A DNA stretch of 64,000 nucleotides, filler included, from Basidiobolus ranarum (taxonomy: Eukaryota), in the NCBI GenBank assembly GCA_040143965.1. It is 6 parts of 6 records of this genome, joined end to end, with 100 filler letters (N's around TTAATTAATTAA, not from the genome) between each part and the next. Parts side by side here need not be neighbours in the genome. Positions count along the whole stretch, not along the records: positions 10,790 to 21,470 come from JASJQH010000678.1; positions 21,571 to 32,249 come from JASJQH010000679.1; 4 more parts are not named here. One strand, given 5' to 3'. The notes beneath the pieces are model-generated. The model saw only the letters and a program-made list of their open reading frames with translations. It did no database searches and had not been told where the DNA came from. Numbering within the stretch: position 1 is the stretch's first letter; each line of letters begins with the position of its first letter. The translations under genes and the position numbers were made by a program. Below are positions 14,788 through 27,601 of this stretch, one piece after another.

Positions 14788-17700
14788 TTCTTTTGAATGA
14801 TTTCTAGGCAAGTGTTGAGTTTTTATGGACTACGTATTCGAATGTTAGTTGAGCTCTATGCTCTTCTCAAAAAGGTAACGTCTGAGACAGAAGATTTTAT
14901 AGCAAATCACCTTGGACATGAAGTTAAATACAAATGTAACTCAACGCTATATAGCACAATCAAGTCTCAGTCATGTTTCATTGTGTAATGACCAGTACAA
15001 GATTATGATCAAGAAGTCAGGACTCAGCATTACTCATCTTCCTCAACCGAGCTGTGGCTGATTAATTCTGGCAAATTAGCATATGACTTAATTTCCTTTC
15101 TTATATTGCGATTATCTGGATTTTTGGAAGTGTTAAGGCTAACGAATTGTGATCCTTTGAGTAACTGATGGACCGGAGTTCATAAGCTTCAGACTTACAG
15201 TTTTTTTGATATGGTTATGAATGTATTTCACGAGCGATATAATAATCACTCAATAAATCATCAATTTGTACATTGTACACCAAGCGATATTCACTACAAA
15301 ATAATATCTTTGCTAGTAAGCCATACGAAAGGCTTATTCACTATTTTCGACATAGTGGCACCACTTACGTATATATAGGGCATTACTACAAGTTAATTCG
15401 CTTGAAGAACATCGACCTTACTGGTGATGTTATCCAACTTCAACATTCTGAAAATTTATAAATTCTCCATGGAAATGTTTTCCTATTTCTGAGTCTCTGA
15501 ATACTCATCACGTCTGTAACAAATATATTCGCCCAGAAAAGTTAGTAGAAAAACTCAAAGAGCAAATCTTGACCCGTAAAGAATCACATTTACACTTCTT
15601 CGCATCCAGAACGTGATATCCTTCTGAATGAATTCCCAAAGCCTTCTCTACTGACCGAATCATTTCCTGGTATGCAATCATTCTCCCATATTGCATTCCA
15701 CTCCAGTTAATCCAGTATATCGTATCTTTCGGGACAGTGTGCTATGCTTCTTACCACTTCGATGGAGCCTGAAGCAGGTAAACCTTATAGATTAATGAAT
15801 TAGTTGAGTTCCAGTGAGTTCTTGGAATATAGCATTATTCGGTAAAGAATAATCATTATCTTATCTCACATCTTTGACAGATATACGAGGGCTATCAAAT
15901 TATTGTAACTGCTACTGTGGAAGGTGCTATATTAGGCAGTAATAAAATGGAATTGGAAAGAACGCTACAAAAAGATGAGAAGGATATATAGAAACCCTAT
16001 GTATTTTTTTCAAAGCTAATATACAAATTGCCTTGGAAAAGTTTGATAGATACTTCGATCCTGAACCTCAAGGTGCACCAGACATTTCGAACATGCTGCT
16101 GAGTTCTAGATGAATACAAACAGAAAGCGGATCACCCATGTCGATGATACGGCTAAAAAGTTCATCGCCCCTTTTAGTTAAGGTAGCCTTTTCAAATATC
16201 TAGAGTAGTTGGTACCAATGCCACTGGTCAGAAACCTGAACCCTCCTGCTTAGAAACTAAGTTTTCTATATGATACTGCCCTTGTTTATTAATTCTTATA
16301 TATAGGAAGTTGGTTGGGCTATCTGACGAGGTGAAGAATACTTATTACTTGGGATAGAATAATACTATAGTTTTTTAAGTTTAGCTTGAAGAAAGCATGT
16401 AATTACGGAGAAGTGCTTACGAAATGTTAGATTGTTATCTGTAGCTTTAGAAAAATTAAGATTGTTTAAGAAGGCCTCTAACATCACGTCAAAAAGAGTG
16501 GAGATGAAGAGATGAAGGTTTGCCACTCATAACCTTTGAATTATCAGAATGCTTCAAAATATACTATACAACAAAAAGTGGTGTCAATATCACTTCAGAT
16601 GCGCTACTGGTTGGCCCTTTCTTGCGACCCGTCATCGTGAGCCGGTGTAGCTATTCGTGTAAACGTACACGAAGATATGACAGAAGAGGCAATTGATTGT
16701 TTGCTCAACGATAACATCCATGATATAGCTCATGCATTGAAGCGGAAACCTAGAGAAAATCTATTGGAGCAAAACCTGATGATATGGCAAAATTAGAGTC
16801 TACCATGCTAATGATTTGTAAATATATATGTGTGTACTTTTGTTGATGTTCCGCCTTAATAACAGTGAATCGATAGTTTTTTCATCATGATATGAATAAC
16901 ATTGCAACTGCAAATCAACAACATCTATTTATCGATTGCCAATATCCACTGTCTTGAGTAGGACATCTATTTTCAATTATAAAGCAGTTTTATGATTAAC
17001 CAATAACCCAATTTAGATTTCAACTCTAAATCACCACCATCATGGCCTAGATGTTCAGTATCAGAATGGAGTCTTCCTTCCAATCGGATGATTTTCTTGA
17101 AGACTATTTGCAAATAATCATGGTGGAGACTTATGGACTAACGATTAACAACCATCGGATTTGACTCGAACTCCTATCCGCCACTTAACCTTTTGCCATC
17201 TACTCGTGATTATATCGCGTATGTAGATCCTATAGATCCGCGCTGAAATCAAGCAACTGTGTGAATCGATAGAAAAATTAGTATCACGGGGTAAACACGT
17301 GCAGCCCATGCTAAAAGTAATTCCATTACTCCATTTAACTTAGACCTGCACTATTAGATCGATGGTTTTCGTGGCTGTCTGGATAATGCTGCTATTCTGT
17401 GTAACTTAGCCTGATTATTACCAACTAGCCCTTGTCTGTCAATTCAGAAAGAGTGTAATGAACAACAAGCGAAACACTCAATAACATCATTAGCTCATAT
17501 TCACTCTATATATCATTGTCTTGATATACAGCACCTGGAAAATTCATAGCATCATGAAAGTACACTTCTACCTTCATTTCAGACACCTCCAAGGATATAA
17601 TGAAATGGCATTAGAAAGAGAACTTTCTTAGTGAACGTAGCTCTTCTATTCTCAATCATTGGTGATTTATTGAATCATCACCATAAAGACAGAAAAATGA

Positions 17701-18865
17701 GGGAACGTGCTCTGTAGTACTATACACGTGGTTAATGCAAGAAGTCGTATACAATATCAATATGGAAAGCAGCACGCAGAAATGGAGGTAAAATCTACGG
17801 CACGAACTAACCAAAGAAATCAACCATCTTCTATTAGAAAATCTATAGTAAGCGGATGTTTGGAATGCCAAAAATAAGATATCCATTCACTGGTTAGAAT
17901 TTCCATTAGTTTCATGGGTAATATCCATGTTGGGATACCAAACAAATAAATCTACTGGATAGCATTTATTGCTCTAAATAACCCGTACACCTCCAGCTTG
18001 GTAATTTCCCATTAATCCACATCATTTGAAGGGTTGGGAATTTGTATTGACTATCCTACTCCAGCTAAATACGATGTAAGATGCAACATATAATTGAGGG
18101 GATTTAAGGATTGTCTATTATCATCCAATAGAAATCTAGGAGCTATAATGCAGGATAAATCGACTTATCATCGAATTCTGATTTCAAGCCCTCGTAATTG
18201 GACGCCTCTTCTCACCAGTGAGGATAGCGGCCTCGACTCACCATCTCTGATTGACGTGTGGTTTCTATTAGTTTGGTTCTTTACTAGCGACTTTAGGATT
18301 ATTTCTTTCACCTTGATATTTGTATTTCACTCGTTGAACTTGTAACTTGCCTTGGTAGTTCTAGTACAAACCCTTCAATGCATAAAATTCTCGCAACATG
18401 TCAGCTCTAACTAGTTGAAGATAAAATCCCACTTAGCCAGATAAGATAACTCTCAGATCACGGAAAAACAATACCGAGAAACACTATTGGGCTTTTGAGC
18501 AAAACGTGCTCGTATATAAATAAATGCCATCTTATTATACAAAAGAATAGTGCATTATTTCCGTTTTCGACTTGAAAAGGATATCTTCCTATAGGTAGAG
18601 ATCACTTTTATCAGCTACTTTATATCGTAATTGGCTATGGTTTATAATCAAGTGTATGGATCCATGAATGATTTCCATTAGAAACTGCAAGGTTCAGGCA
18701 CAGCCCGGTAATAGATTTAGCAGTTTGGAAGCTTAGCTAATGTAAATTCGAAGCCAGTTCATTAATCGATCATTTTAGTTCCAGTGACACTTGAGATTTT
18801 TTACTTAAATAGAACGTTCAAGTCTTCATTTTTTGCGATCATTTTTAGATATAGACATTTTTGTT

Positions 18866-20257
18866 ATGAAGTTCAACAATTATTCAGCGCCCCTGTCTCG
18901 CGATCTTCACAGTAATAATAATACCATTAGTTTTGTCTCTCAACCTAATTTCCCCTCAAATACTCCTAAACAAGAGAACAGACAAACAATGAATGTCAAG
19001 GACCCAGCTCAAGAAGAGGGCAATGGTAACCCTGGCCATTCGAGCTCCGACGGCTCAGAAGGATGGTCAAGCAGTAATGAAAAACGGCCCAGATTTGTAC
19101 CACCTTCTTCAAAGAAACCGTGTAGACGCCAAAAGTCTTCTACTCCGGGATCTGATGTATCAGATGGACTGCGGTGCTCCAATTGCCAAACTACTACAAC
19201 TCCTCTTTGGCGTCGTAACCCTCAAGACGGTGAACCATTATGTAATGCCTGTGGTCTATTCCTCAAACTCCATGGTATAGTTCGCCCACTCAGTTTAAAA
19301 AGCAATGTCATCAAGAAGAGGAACAGGAATCCAATTGGTACAATGGCTAAATTTGGCCGCCACACCGGATTAGTTTTTGGTACAGTTGCTAGTAATCGTG
19401 GTGCTGGATGTGAAGGTGTACTATTATTTGAGCCTTTTGATAATTCAGCTGAGTCAAATTCCAAGATATCACAAAGGTTACCAAATAATATCCCCACTTT
19501 AGAAACCTCGCCCATCAATCCCTCTATCCCATCTTCCCCATTGAAGTTCATTACTCACTCCAGTAACAAATTCTCTAGTTCACATTATGAAAAACCCACA
19601 AATTTAGCAGAAGAAAGAAATCGCGAGTCATCTACCTCATCATCAGAGTTTCTTTCAGAAAGCGTCGAAAATCACTCGTTACCAAGTGTGATACATCCCA
19701 ATTCATATGTCGATAATGTATCGTCAGCTCAAAATTCAGAATTAGCATATCATAACTCATACCCGGTCTCAACTAACCATATGACAAGTATGCTCGGATC
19801 TACCTCTGCCCCTACCTCCCAAAGTATGGTCGACCCATTTAGTTGGCGCGCAACCTCACACGACCATACCACTACAACTATGTCTCTACCCCACGAAGCT
19901 AACCATGTCCAATGCCCAACTGAGCAGCTACCAAGCTATTCTTGTACAAATATACCTATGCCATATTCTCCCGTCACGTTTAACTCGCTGCTCCCTATGG
20001 TATCGATGAGTCAGATGGAGCCTCACTCAAATTTTACCCCTACCATTCGCGCGATTAGTTCGAACTTCGAACTCAATCATAGTCACCAGACAAGCCCAGA
20101 GAGTTTTGTCTCACAGGAATTCCCTGGACCTACACCATCTGCCAGCTATATGTGCTCACTGAATCAGGAATGGCAACCATGGAGCACGGACCGCAATCAT
20201 CTTCCAGCCTTCTCCATGGAGCCTACACCTATTCCCGACTATTCATCTACATCTTAG
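18866..20257 (+). CDS. GATA zinc-finger transcription factor, AreA/Nit2/Gat1-like finger
   Basis: [51 protein letters not shown] within a long Ser/Pro-rich ORF. First ATG at 18866. Confidence 0.92.
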   Translation: MKFNNYSAPLSRDLHSNNNTISFVSQPNFPSNTPKQENRQTMNVKDPAQEEGNGNPGHSSSDGSEGWSSSNEKRPRFVPPSSKKPCRRQKSSTPGSDVSDGLRCSNCQTTTTPLWRRNPQDGEPLCNACGLFLKLHGIVRPLSLKSNVIKKRNRNPIGTMAKFGRHTGLVFGTVASNRGAGCEGVLLFEPFDNSAESNSKISQRLPNNIPTLETSPINPSIPSSPLKFITHSSNKFSSSHYEKPTNLAEERNRESSTSSSEFLSESVENHSLPSVIHPNSYVDNVSSAQNSELAYHNSYPVSTNHMTSMLGSTSAPTSQSMVDPFSWRATSHDHTTTTMSLPHEANHVQCPTEQLPSYSCTNIPMPYSPVTFNSLLPMVSMSQMEPHSNFTPTIRAISSNFELNHSHQTSPESFVSQEFPGPTPSASYMCSLNQEWQPWSTDRNHLPAFSMEPTPIPDYSSTS

Positions 20258-20483
20258 AGTTGATTATCTTGTATACCTTGTTTTGATTTTTATTCTATAT
20301 GTTACTATTTCAACAACGCAATACGGCGTAACGGACATTGTTTATTTATTTATTTCTTCATATAAGTTTTATTTTGTTTGCACATATTCAGATATAGATT
20401 AGAGTTGGTGCAGATTTCAGCACTTATTTTTAATGTTTTTACAGTTATTTGTAGTTTAATCTTGATCATTTTTTTAGATACCC

Positions 20484-20506
20484 ATTGATTGATTGATTGA
20501 TTGATT
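20484..20506 (+). repeat. (ATTG)n microsatellite downstream of the GATA gene
   Basis: attgattgattgattgattgatt. Confidence 0.8.
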
Positions 20507-21470
20507 AGAGTAGATTGAATTTTTTTCACATATTTATTGATTTAATAAATCCTATGATTTTCGGGATACCTTGCTATGAGCACGATAACATATTGAGTTG
20601 TTTGAAAGTGTTCCTAACACAGCGGTTTTCACTCCGAGACCAATACTCTTGGAGATTATAGAGAGAGAATGACTTTAATATGCCTAATAAGGCATTACCT
20701 TGTGATATGACGTAATGACCTTGCCGTACGAACTTGGTTAGAACCAAGGGAAATTTCTGGTATCCCAGCTTGACTCAGAGTTCATAGAAGCATGTGGTAT
20801 TTTGGGATAACATTGTGCTTCAAAAGAGGAAGGCAGGGAAATAATACCAAAGGAATTACCATTATTGGGAAAGAGGTTTTGTGGCTTGATCGTAGTAAGG
20901 ATTGGATTCGAGAAAATGTTTATTTGTAGTGAGAGTTGTGTCGGTAGAAACGTCTTTGTTCTATTTCTTTCTAACTAGATGCGGTGACCCGATTTTAGGA
21001 TCACCAAAATCTCCAATCTAGTCTTAATGAAAAAGGATATACCGTCGGCCTAGAAATTATCCACCATCAGTGGATGTATCTAAAAATGTTCAAGTGTCAG
21101 GCCACCCGATCAAGAATCTCTGGTATCCGTACCTTGCTCAAAAAACAATCAGACATATTTCCACCAACGATTGGCTTGCTGGTTAGCCCCAAACTCAATC
21201 AGTAGCCTGTTCTAGAATTAATAGAATTCTGTCACATCGACGACACGCCAAACCCATCTCAAAACCGCATTCTCATTGACAGTCTGATGACGTGACAGAC
21301 TAAACCATATTGAAATGACCCAAGTGATGGTTACTAAATTTGGCATGAGTAGCGTTAAGTTCGCTCCACATCAAATACAAAATAACAAATGGGCCAATGT
21401 CGTGACGTGCAGCGCACAATTCGATCCCAGCCTAGTACCTACTTCTCAATTCAGTTACATCAATGATAGG

Positions 21471-21570
21471 NNNNNNNNNNNNNNNNNNNNNNNNNNNNNN
21501 NNNNNNNNNNNNNNTTAATTAATTAANNNNNNNNNNNNNNNNNNNNNNNNNNNNNNNNNNNNNNNNNNNN
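21471..21570. other. Artificial contig spacer
   Basis: N44-TTAATTAATTAA-N44. Confidence 0.97.
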
Positions 21571-21800
21571 AGAAGCCTTACACCAAGGCTCCTAAGATTC
21601 AACGACTTGTCACTCCTCTAACCCTTCAACGTAAGAGACACAGAATTGCTCTTAAGCGTAAGAACTCTCCAGCTTCCAAGGAAGCCGCTGCTGACTATGC
21701 TAAGCTTCTTGCTCAACGTGTTAAAGAACACCGTGAGAAGAAGGAAGAGATCAAGAAGAGAAGACTTAGTTCCCAACATGCTTCCGCTGCCAAGAACTAA
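21571..21800 (+). CDS. RPS6: 40S ribosomal protein S6 (eS6), 3' fragment
   Basis: [22 protein letters not shown]...[13 protein letters not shown]...KKRRLSS...KN*. The 5' end is cut by the spacer. Confidence 0.96.
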
Positions 21801-23079
21801 TTTCATCCCTGCTTAAATGTTTCAAATCACATAATCTTGTTGAACTACACAAACCATGTTTATCAAAATAAAGCACTGTTATTGTGGACATAATCCAGTT
21901 AAATCATGTTCTTAGTTTACTTGCGTCCCGTGATTAAGTTCCAAGCTTGTCTTACTACATCTACAGGGTAACGTACATCATCTTCAGGTAACTTCACTGT
22001 TATTCAGGAAGCTTGGTGTTAACTAAAGACTTCACTAAATGATTCCTTTTAGCAAGACTATTGTGACATTGCTTTCTTCAGCAATAAATCATCATAACGT
22101 GAACTTATAGAAATTGATGTGTTGGTTAGTTTTTTTACGATATTTGGCAGCATTAGCATAGCCATTTCCAAATAGAACCAATAATTTTTTATATATAGTT
22201 TGCAAGAGACATCAAGAGGTTACAAGGGTGAGACCCAAAGGAAGAAAGTGTCATTTTTCGTATTAGAATCATAACAACTATCAAATTCTGATTTTAATTT
22301 AGTTCATTCGATGAGTATTCAAACTACGGTTGATTTGTTTATCTTCCTACCACGGCAGAAAATTATATGCTCTCAATCACCCAAGGTGACGTGATCGTAT
22401 AAGTTTATTAATAAGGTAAACTTCATTCTATTCTACCCCAACAAGTATTTCAATCCTGTTATTATTGCTTAGATGTTTAGCAAGTTTCAAAGAGATTTAG
22501 GATGGATGGAAGGTGTACGAGATAGTTTTAAGGATTTAACTCAATTTAATTTTTATAAGGTGAGTACTTCTATGGATCATCTTTCAAAGAGAATTATGAA
22601 ATGTCACATCAGACATATTATGCTCTTGGTTGAAGAAATCATATTAAAAAATTTAGAGATGGTGTAAGAGCATCATGTGATCCAAGCTTAGGATAAAGGA
22701 AAAATGAAACAAGGAATATTTGTTGGTTAAAAGATTAAGGCAAAGTTATGAAGAACGCATAGGTCTGATGAGAGCTGTTGAGCGTTGGAGCTCCAGATTA
22801 GATGTTCCTAATTGAAATGGCTACATTAAGCGTGAATCGGACCTTTCTTTACAAATATTGTTTGACAACGAAAATAGATGAATAACATATAAGAAAAGCA
22901 GTGCAAAACGGCTGATTGTATACGAACAATATTCAGCAGAAATCAGTTGAGAGTAAAATATACTAGTCAACAAAATATTCTTTCCACCAGGGAGCATGCT
23001 AAATTCTCTTGTATTTCAACCGAATTTCTGTATCTCTTATATATTGTTAACATCTCCACTCTTCACGCTTGTCATATAC

Positions 23080-25872
23080 TCATGTGGGGACTTGAATGAG
23101 TTCATCCTCCTGAGCAAGAGCTTGGAACCAGTATATCAAATAGTCGAGAGGGCGAGTGCGTGGTTGCTCATGGTCTTGTGTAGAGTGATGCTCAGGATAC
23201 CACGTCATGGCTGTACCGTTGGCGGTACTTATTTCTCTAACTTTATGGCCAATCATAGGCTGTTGCAAGAACATAGTTGTTACAATACCTAGTATATAAA
23301 CAACTAAAGTATATAGTATCACTGTAATAGTACCATATCCACGCGTTCTAGATACCAAAGCGGTGTTGTGAGAACTCGAGATTGCCACTTCGTTCACCTG
23401 CTTGGAAAGTGTGATTACAGATTCACGGCGACGGCGTACTAAATTTTGTCGCAGTTCTGAATTTCGATGTTGAGTCTTTGTTGAGCCATCGAATGTTTGT
23501 GATACCTGACCAGAGTTGGCTGGATCAGAAAGTAATTCATGTATTAGGGTTTCTTGGGCCTTGAAGTTATCAATCAATTTCCGATATTCCATTTCGAGAT
23601 TTTGGTGAAATTCATCCTTGTACTTCGCGTCCACTTCACACTCCATAGATTCTCCTGATAACTTGCTTTGTGCTTTGCTCTTATGCGAGTCATTCGTTGG
23701 AAGTTCATCCTTATAGTCGCACTGAATTCCAATTTCTTGAGTAAAAGAGGGTTTTATGTTCTCTCGTAGATGATTGATCTCCTCTTGGAGGCATTGTCTT
23801 TCATGGGCTATAGCTTTCTTTGCTTCTTGAAGTTGGTAAACCGCATTCTCCCATTTTCTAGAAGCGTCTTCAGCTTCGGTTCTGAAAAGTTTATTTTGAT
23901 CCTCTAAGTATGCTATATAGCTGTGATTTTGATCATGTAACTCGAAGTGATTGTTAAGTTCCAAAGCAGGTAGAATACGATTTTCGTCATCCAGAGAGTC
24001 TAAGTATATTCCGTTACATTGATCTTCCAGCATGGATGTTAGTTCGAAGTGGAGGTTCTTTTCACTTTCTACGCTAGAAATATCTTCTATATTTTTCATT
24101 GTGGTGCTTCCTGTTTTAATATTGACTCCTTTGATGGCGTCATCTAAGTCTTGTCGCAAGCGATCTACAACATCCCTGAGATGTTGGTTTTCTTCTTTCA
24201 ATTCGTCAACTTCCAGTTCAAGAGTTTGAGCGAACGATACTTCTTGCTCTAGCTTCGAGATATGAATTTCAAATGCTGAGCGTTCTTGTTGGTATCTCCT
24301 TTGCTCTATTACATAGTTCTCTAGATCCATCTCGCCTTTCAAGAGTTCTTCTTCCCTAATTTTCAATTGAAGCTGGAGTTTCTCAGTTTCCTCTCTCTTC
24401 TCCTCATACTGTTGACGCAGGTCACTATATAAATTTTTATGATGAGAGAGAACCCTAGATATTGAGACAATCTCAATTTCCAACTGAGCATTGATTTCAA
24501 ACAAGATGGTTAGCCATTATCGAGAGGTGATTTTTAGGATAAAAAGACAGTTGTAATACCAAAGAGATCTGCTGTAAGTGGGCCTTTTCGTTGCTTTTAA
24601 ATTCTTGAATTTCACGTTTCTTAGTCGTCAATTCCAGCTTCATCTCATCAACACGAGTCTGAAGCTCTGAAATTCGCTCCTCGTGTTGACGAACTGAGAG
24701 TGTGAGGTTTTTCTCAGTCTGACGAAGTCTCTTATTCAGCTCCAAGGAGATACGACTTAAATTTCCGATTTGTGATGCGGCTTCTTTAGACTAGTTAAAT
24801 GGCATTTAATTATATACAGTGGATAAGTTGAATAATATCTAGTCACACTTACATCGATGTCAAAGTCTTCAAAGCTTTTCTCCAAAAAATAGGTGTTAGA
24901 TAGGTTTTTGTCGCGCGATTCGACAGAACTGCGACTATGCTTCAGAGGTTCTTTGGAGAATCTAGGAGATACCTAGAAAATTGTTGTTAATTGATGAGGC
25001 TTAAATTCCTGATGAAATTGAATAAAGTGTATGATCATTTACCTCTTGATAAGAATGAGGTGAACTATTTGATCTACCAAAACTCCGATCGGCCGAGTAT
25101 TTGAACAAGTAAGTGTCTTCGTCGTCAAAATCATCAAAGTTTGGGACTGCATAGGCGTCTCGTCTCTTATCTACGTCTGTGTAATAAAGGAGGGAATGTG
25201 TTACTATTGATTAAAATGGGGTTACAATAACGATAAAGAACTCACCAGCTGCAGCTTTACGAGTTGATAATGTTCGTGTGACCGGGGTTGTTCGTTGTCG
25301 AGAGGCAAGCGGCGAAAGAGGGTGAGTAAACCCTAAGGTAGAGTGAGGCCTCGGGGTGGTGGGAGGACGACTATTTTTTACTGAAGTCTTGGGTAAGGCA
25401 GTAGAAGTAGGAGAAGGAGCTGATAGTTGAGAAATAAGCCGATATAGATCTTGGGGAGAGAGTTCTAGTTCCGCATTCTTGGCACAGAATTTTTGTAATA
25501 AGTCCTTGGGCTCCAAGTCTAAAAGGGCTACTCCCTGCTCCCGCTCAAAGAAGTCTAATATAGGAAACAAGTCCTGAGCTATAATAGAACCACGGTTGTC
25601 TCTATCAAATTTGGCGAATATAGCTTCCAAGTTAGAGTGAAGGGTAGAGAGTGTACTGGTGGAATCAGTCTAATATTTTTAGATATGTTGTTAGTGATGC
25701 GGGAAATAATTGTAGATATATATATAATTCAATAAGCTGGCAAAGAGTAGTTTAGAAGAACTTGCAATCGAGATGTACATGTTCTAAACTTTTATCGTTG
25801 CTCCTACACGAACACCCTCATTACCTTGCTTTTTATTTTTGCCTCAACATTTCCGAGTCGAGCAGTTGACAT
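23080..25872 (-). CDS. EF-hand / long coiled-coil / C-terminal TM protein, KASH5/Kms1-like nuclear envelope candidate, multi-exon
   Basis: Exon 1 MSTARLGNVEAKIKSK (25872-25825) splices in phase 0 to 25669. EF-hand-like FAKFDRDNRGSI, coiled-coil-like exons, TM ITVILYTLVVYILGIVTTMFL, C-terminus ...LIQVPT*. Confidence 0.75.
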
Positions 25873-27601
25873 TGTTCACTATTTATGGTGGTTTACTGAA
25901 AGTGAAAGTCTGTAGTTGGATAAGTGCCAGTAATATTATTATTATTATAAGAGAAGAGGATTAAGCGAAAGAAATGAGCACGGTAAGTCACCAAAAAAAT
26001 ATATACTGCTTGAAGAACAAGAACAAGGAAAGAGAGTGAGGATAACCTTGGAGCAGTGGTGATTGAGAGAATTGATGAACTAGGCTTATTGTATATATTT
26101 CTCTAAAGCTCTATTAATGAAATCAATTTATTCCATTAAATTTAAGAGCAAGACTTAGCCTATAATGTAGATATTAAGCGTTCACAATTTCATAGATAGG
26201 GTTAGTGATCAATATCGCCAGACTTTACACTGCAGACCCTGATCCGAATGATGCGTCAAAAACTTAAACATGGACCGGAGTAACACCGGCAAGCTCTAGG
26301 TGTATATCCGTCTGTTGACGACTGTTTGAACACTAAAAATTGCTGATCCTAAATAAAAATGTCCTCTAATTACAACTGATCTTCATCACTCCTTGCTACA
26401 TATGAAATCACACGTTGAAGCAAGCTCTACAATTGTCAGTAGATTGTCGCATTGGATTAATGTTGTTAATGCACACTGCGCATATGAATGAAGCATGCAC
26501 GTGTGTTCCATGATCCCTGATGCAACTCTGAAGCCAAATAAGTGGCGTTCAATGTCAACAAACACAAACCATAATGCAAGGTCGGATGTACATTGATTGG
26601 CAGCTTGCAATACCGCTTTACCAACATATACCCCTTGTCTTATGAGATTAGTTTCGTGTTTATGTTGGCTGTAACGATATTTGTTTCACCGTTATACCTT
26701 ATTGTAGACGCTGAGGGGATGCTTAGGCAAGTAGGAGCAGTCAATAATTGCCTAACCCTTGTTTCGATTAGGTGATACAGAGTGACGTTGTTTTGCCATA
26801 TTCGCTCTAAATAATAAATGCTCCAGCTATCACGTTAGTCACATAAAGTGTAACTTGATCACCACCAGTCATATGTCAAGCGTCATCCAATGAGTATGAG
26901 CCTAGCAGGATCCATTTGATTTGATTGCTTTTTTTTAACTCCATATTCATTGAATTGGATAGGTGACTGCTTGGCATGTGACTTGTTGCAGCTGATATGG
27001 TAGAGTGACTTTCTCTGCTCTAGTTACCGTTGTCACAGCCCTTCACAGCGTGTGCTTGGGTAAGTGTTTTTAGCAACATCGGCCTCATTAGTTTTCACTC
27101 AATCTTGGGTTTATGCCAGTTCAAATATGCTATTAGCCGAGTATTGGAGCTAAACCAGGAGCTATGCCAATCAAACTGAGTTACTTTCCCACAATTTACA
27201 AATATGGATATGTCTCTAATGAGGACGGCTTGGTTACCAGGTTTTCAATTTATATTCACCCCAATCAAGTGTTCATATAATATTCTTGCCCTGTTCTATT
27301 TCCACCATCAATTAGAGTTAGCGTCAATTACCTTATTCTTCTCCTTTAATAATAATTGGATATCTGAATAAACTATTAATACAGTGAACCTAGTTAGCCT
27401 ATACCTCTAAACCATATTCTACGTTGAACAGTACTCCTCAAATCGATAGAAAATTTCCAACTTCAGGAGATATCTTGTAACGAGCCTCTGTAGTGAAACC
27501 AGCTTCAAAGTAGACACTTGGTGTTCGCGGAATTCCAGTGTTCTTAGAATAGAGAGTATTTTTTATATAGCCCGGACTTGACAACTCTGTAGTTATTCAC
27601 T

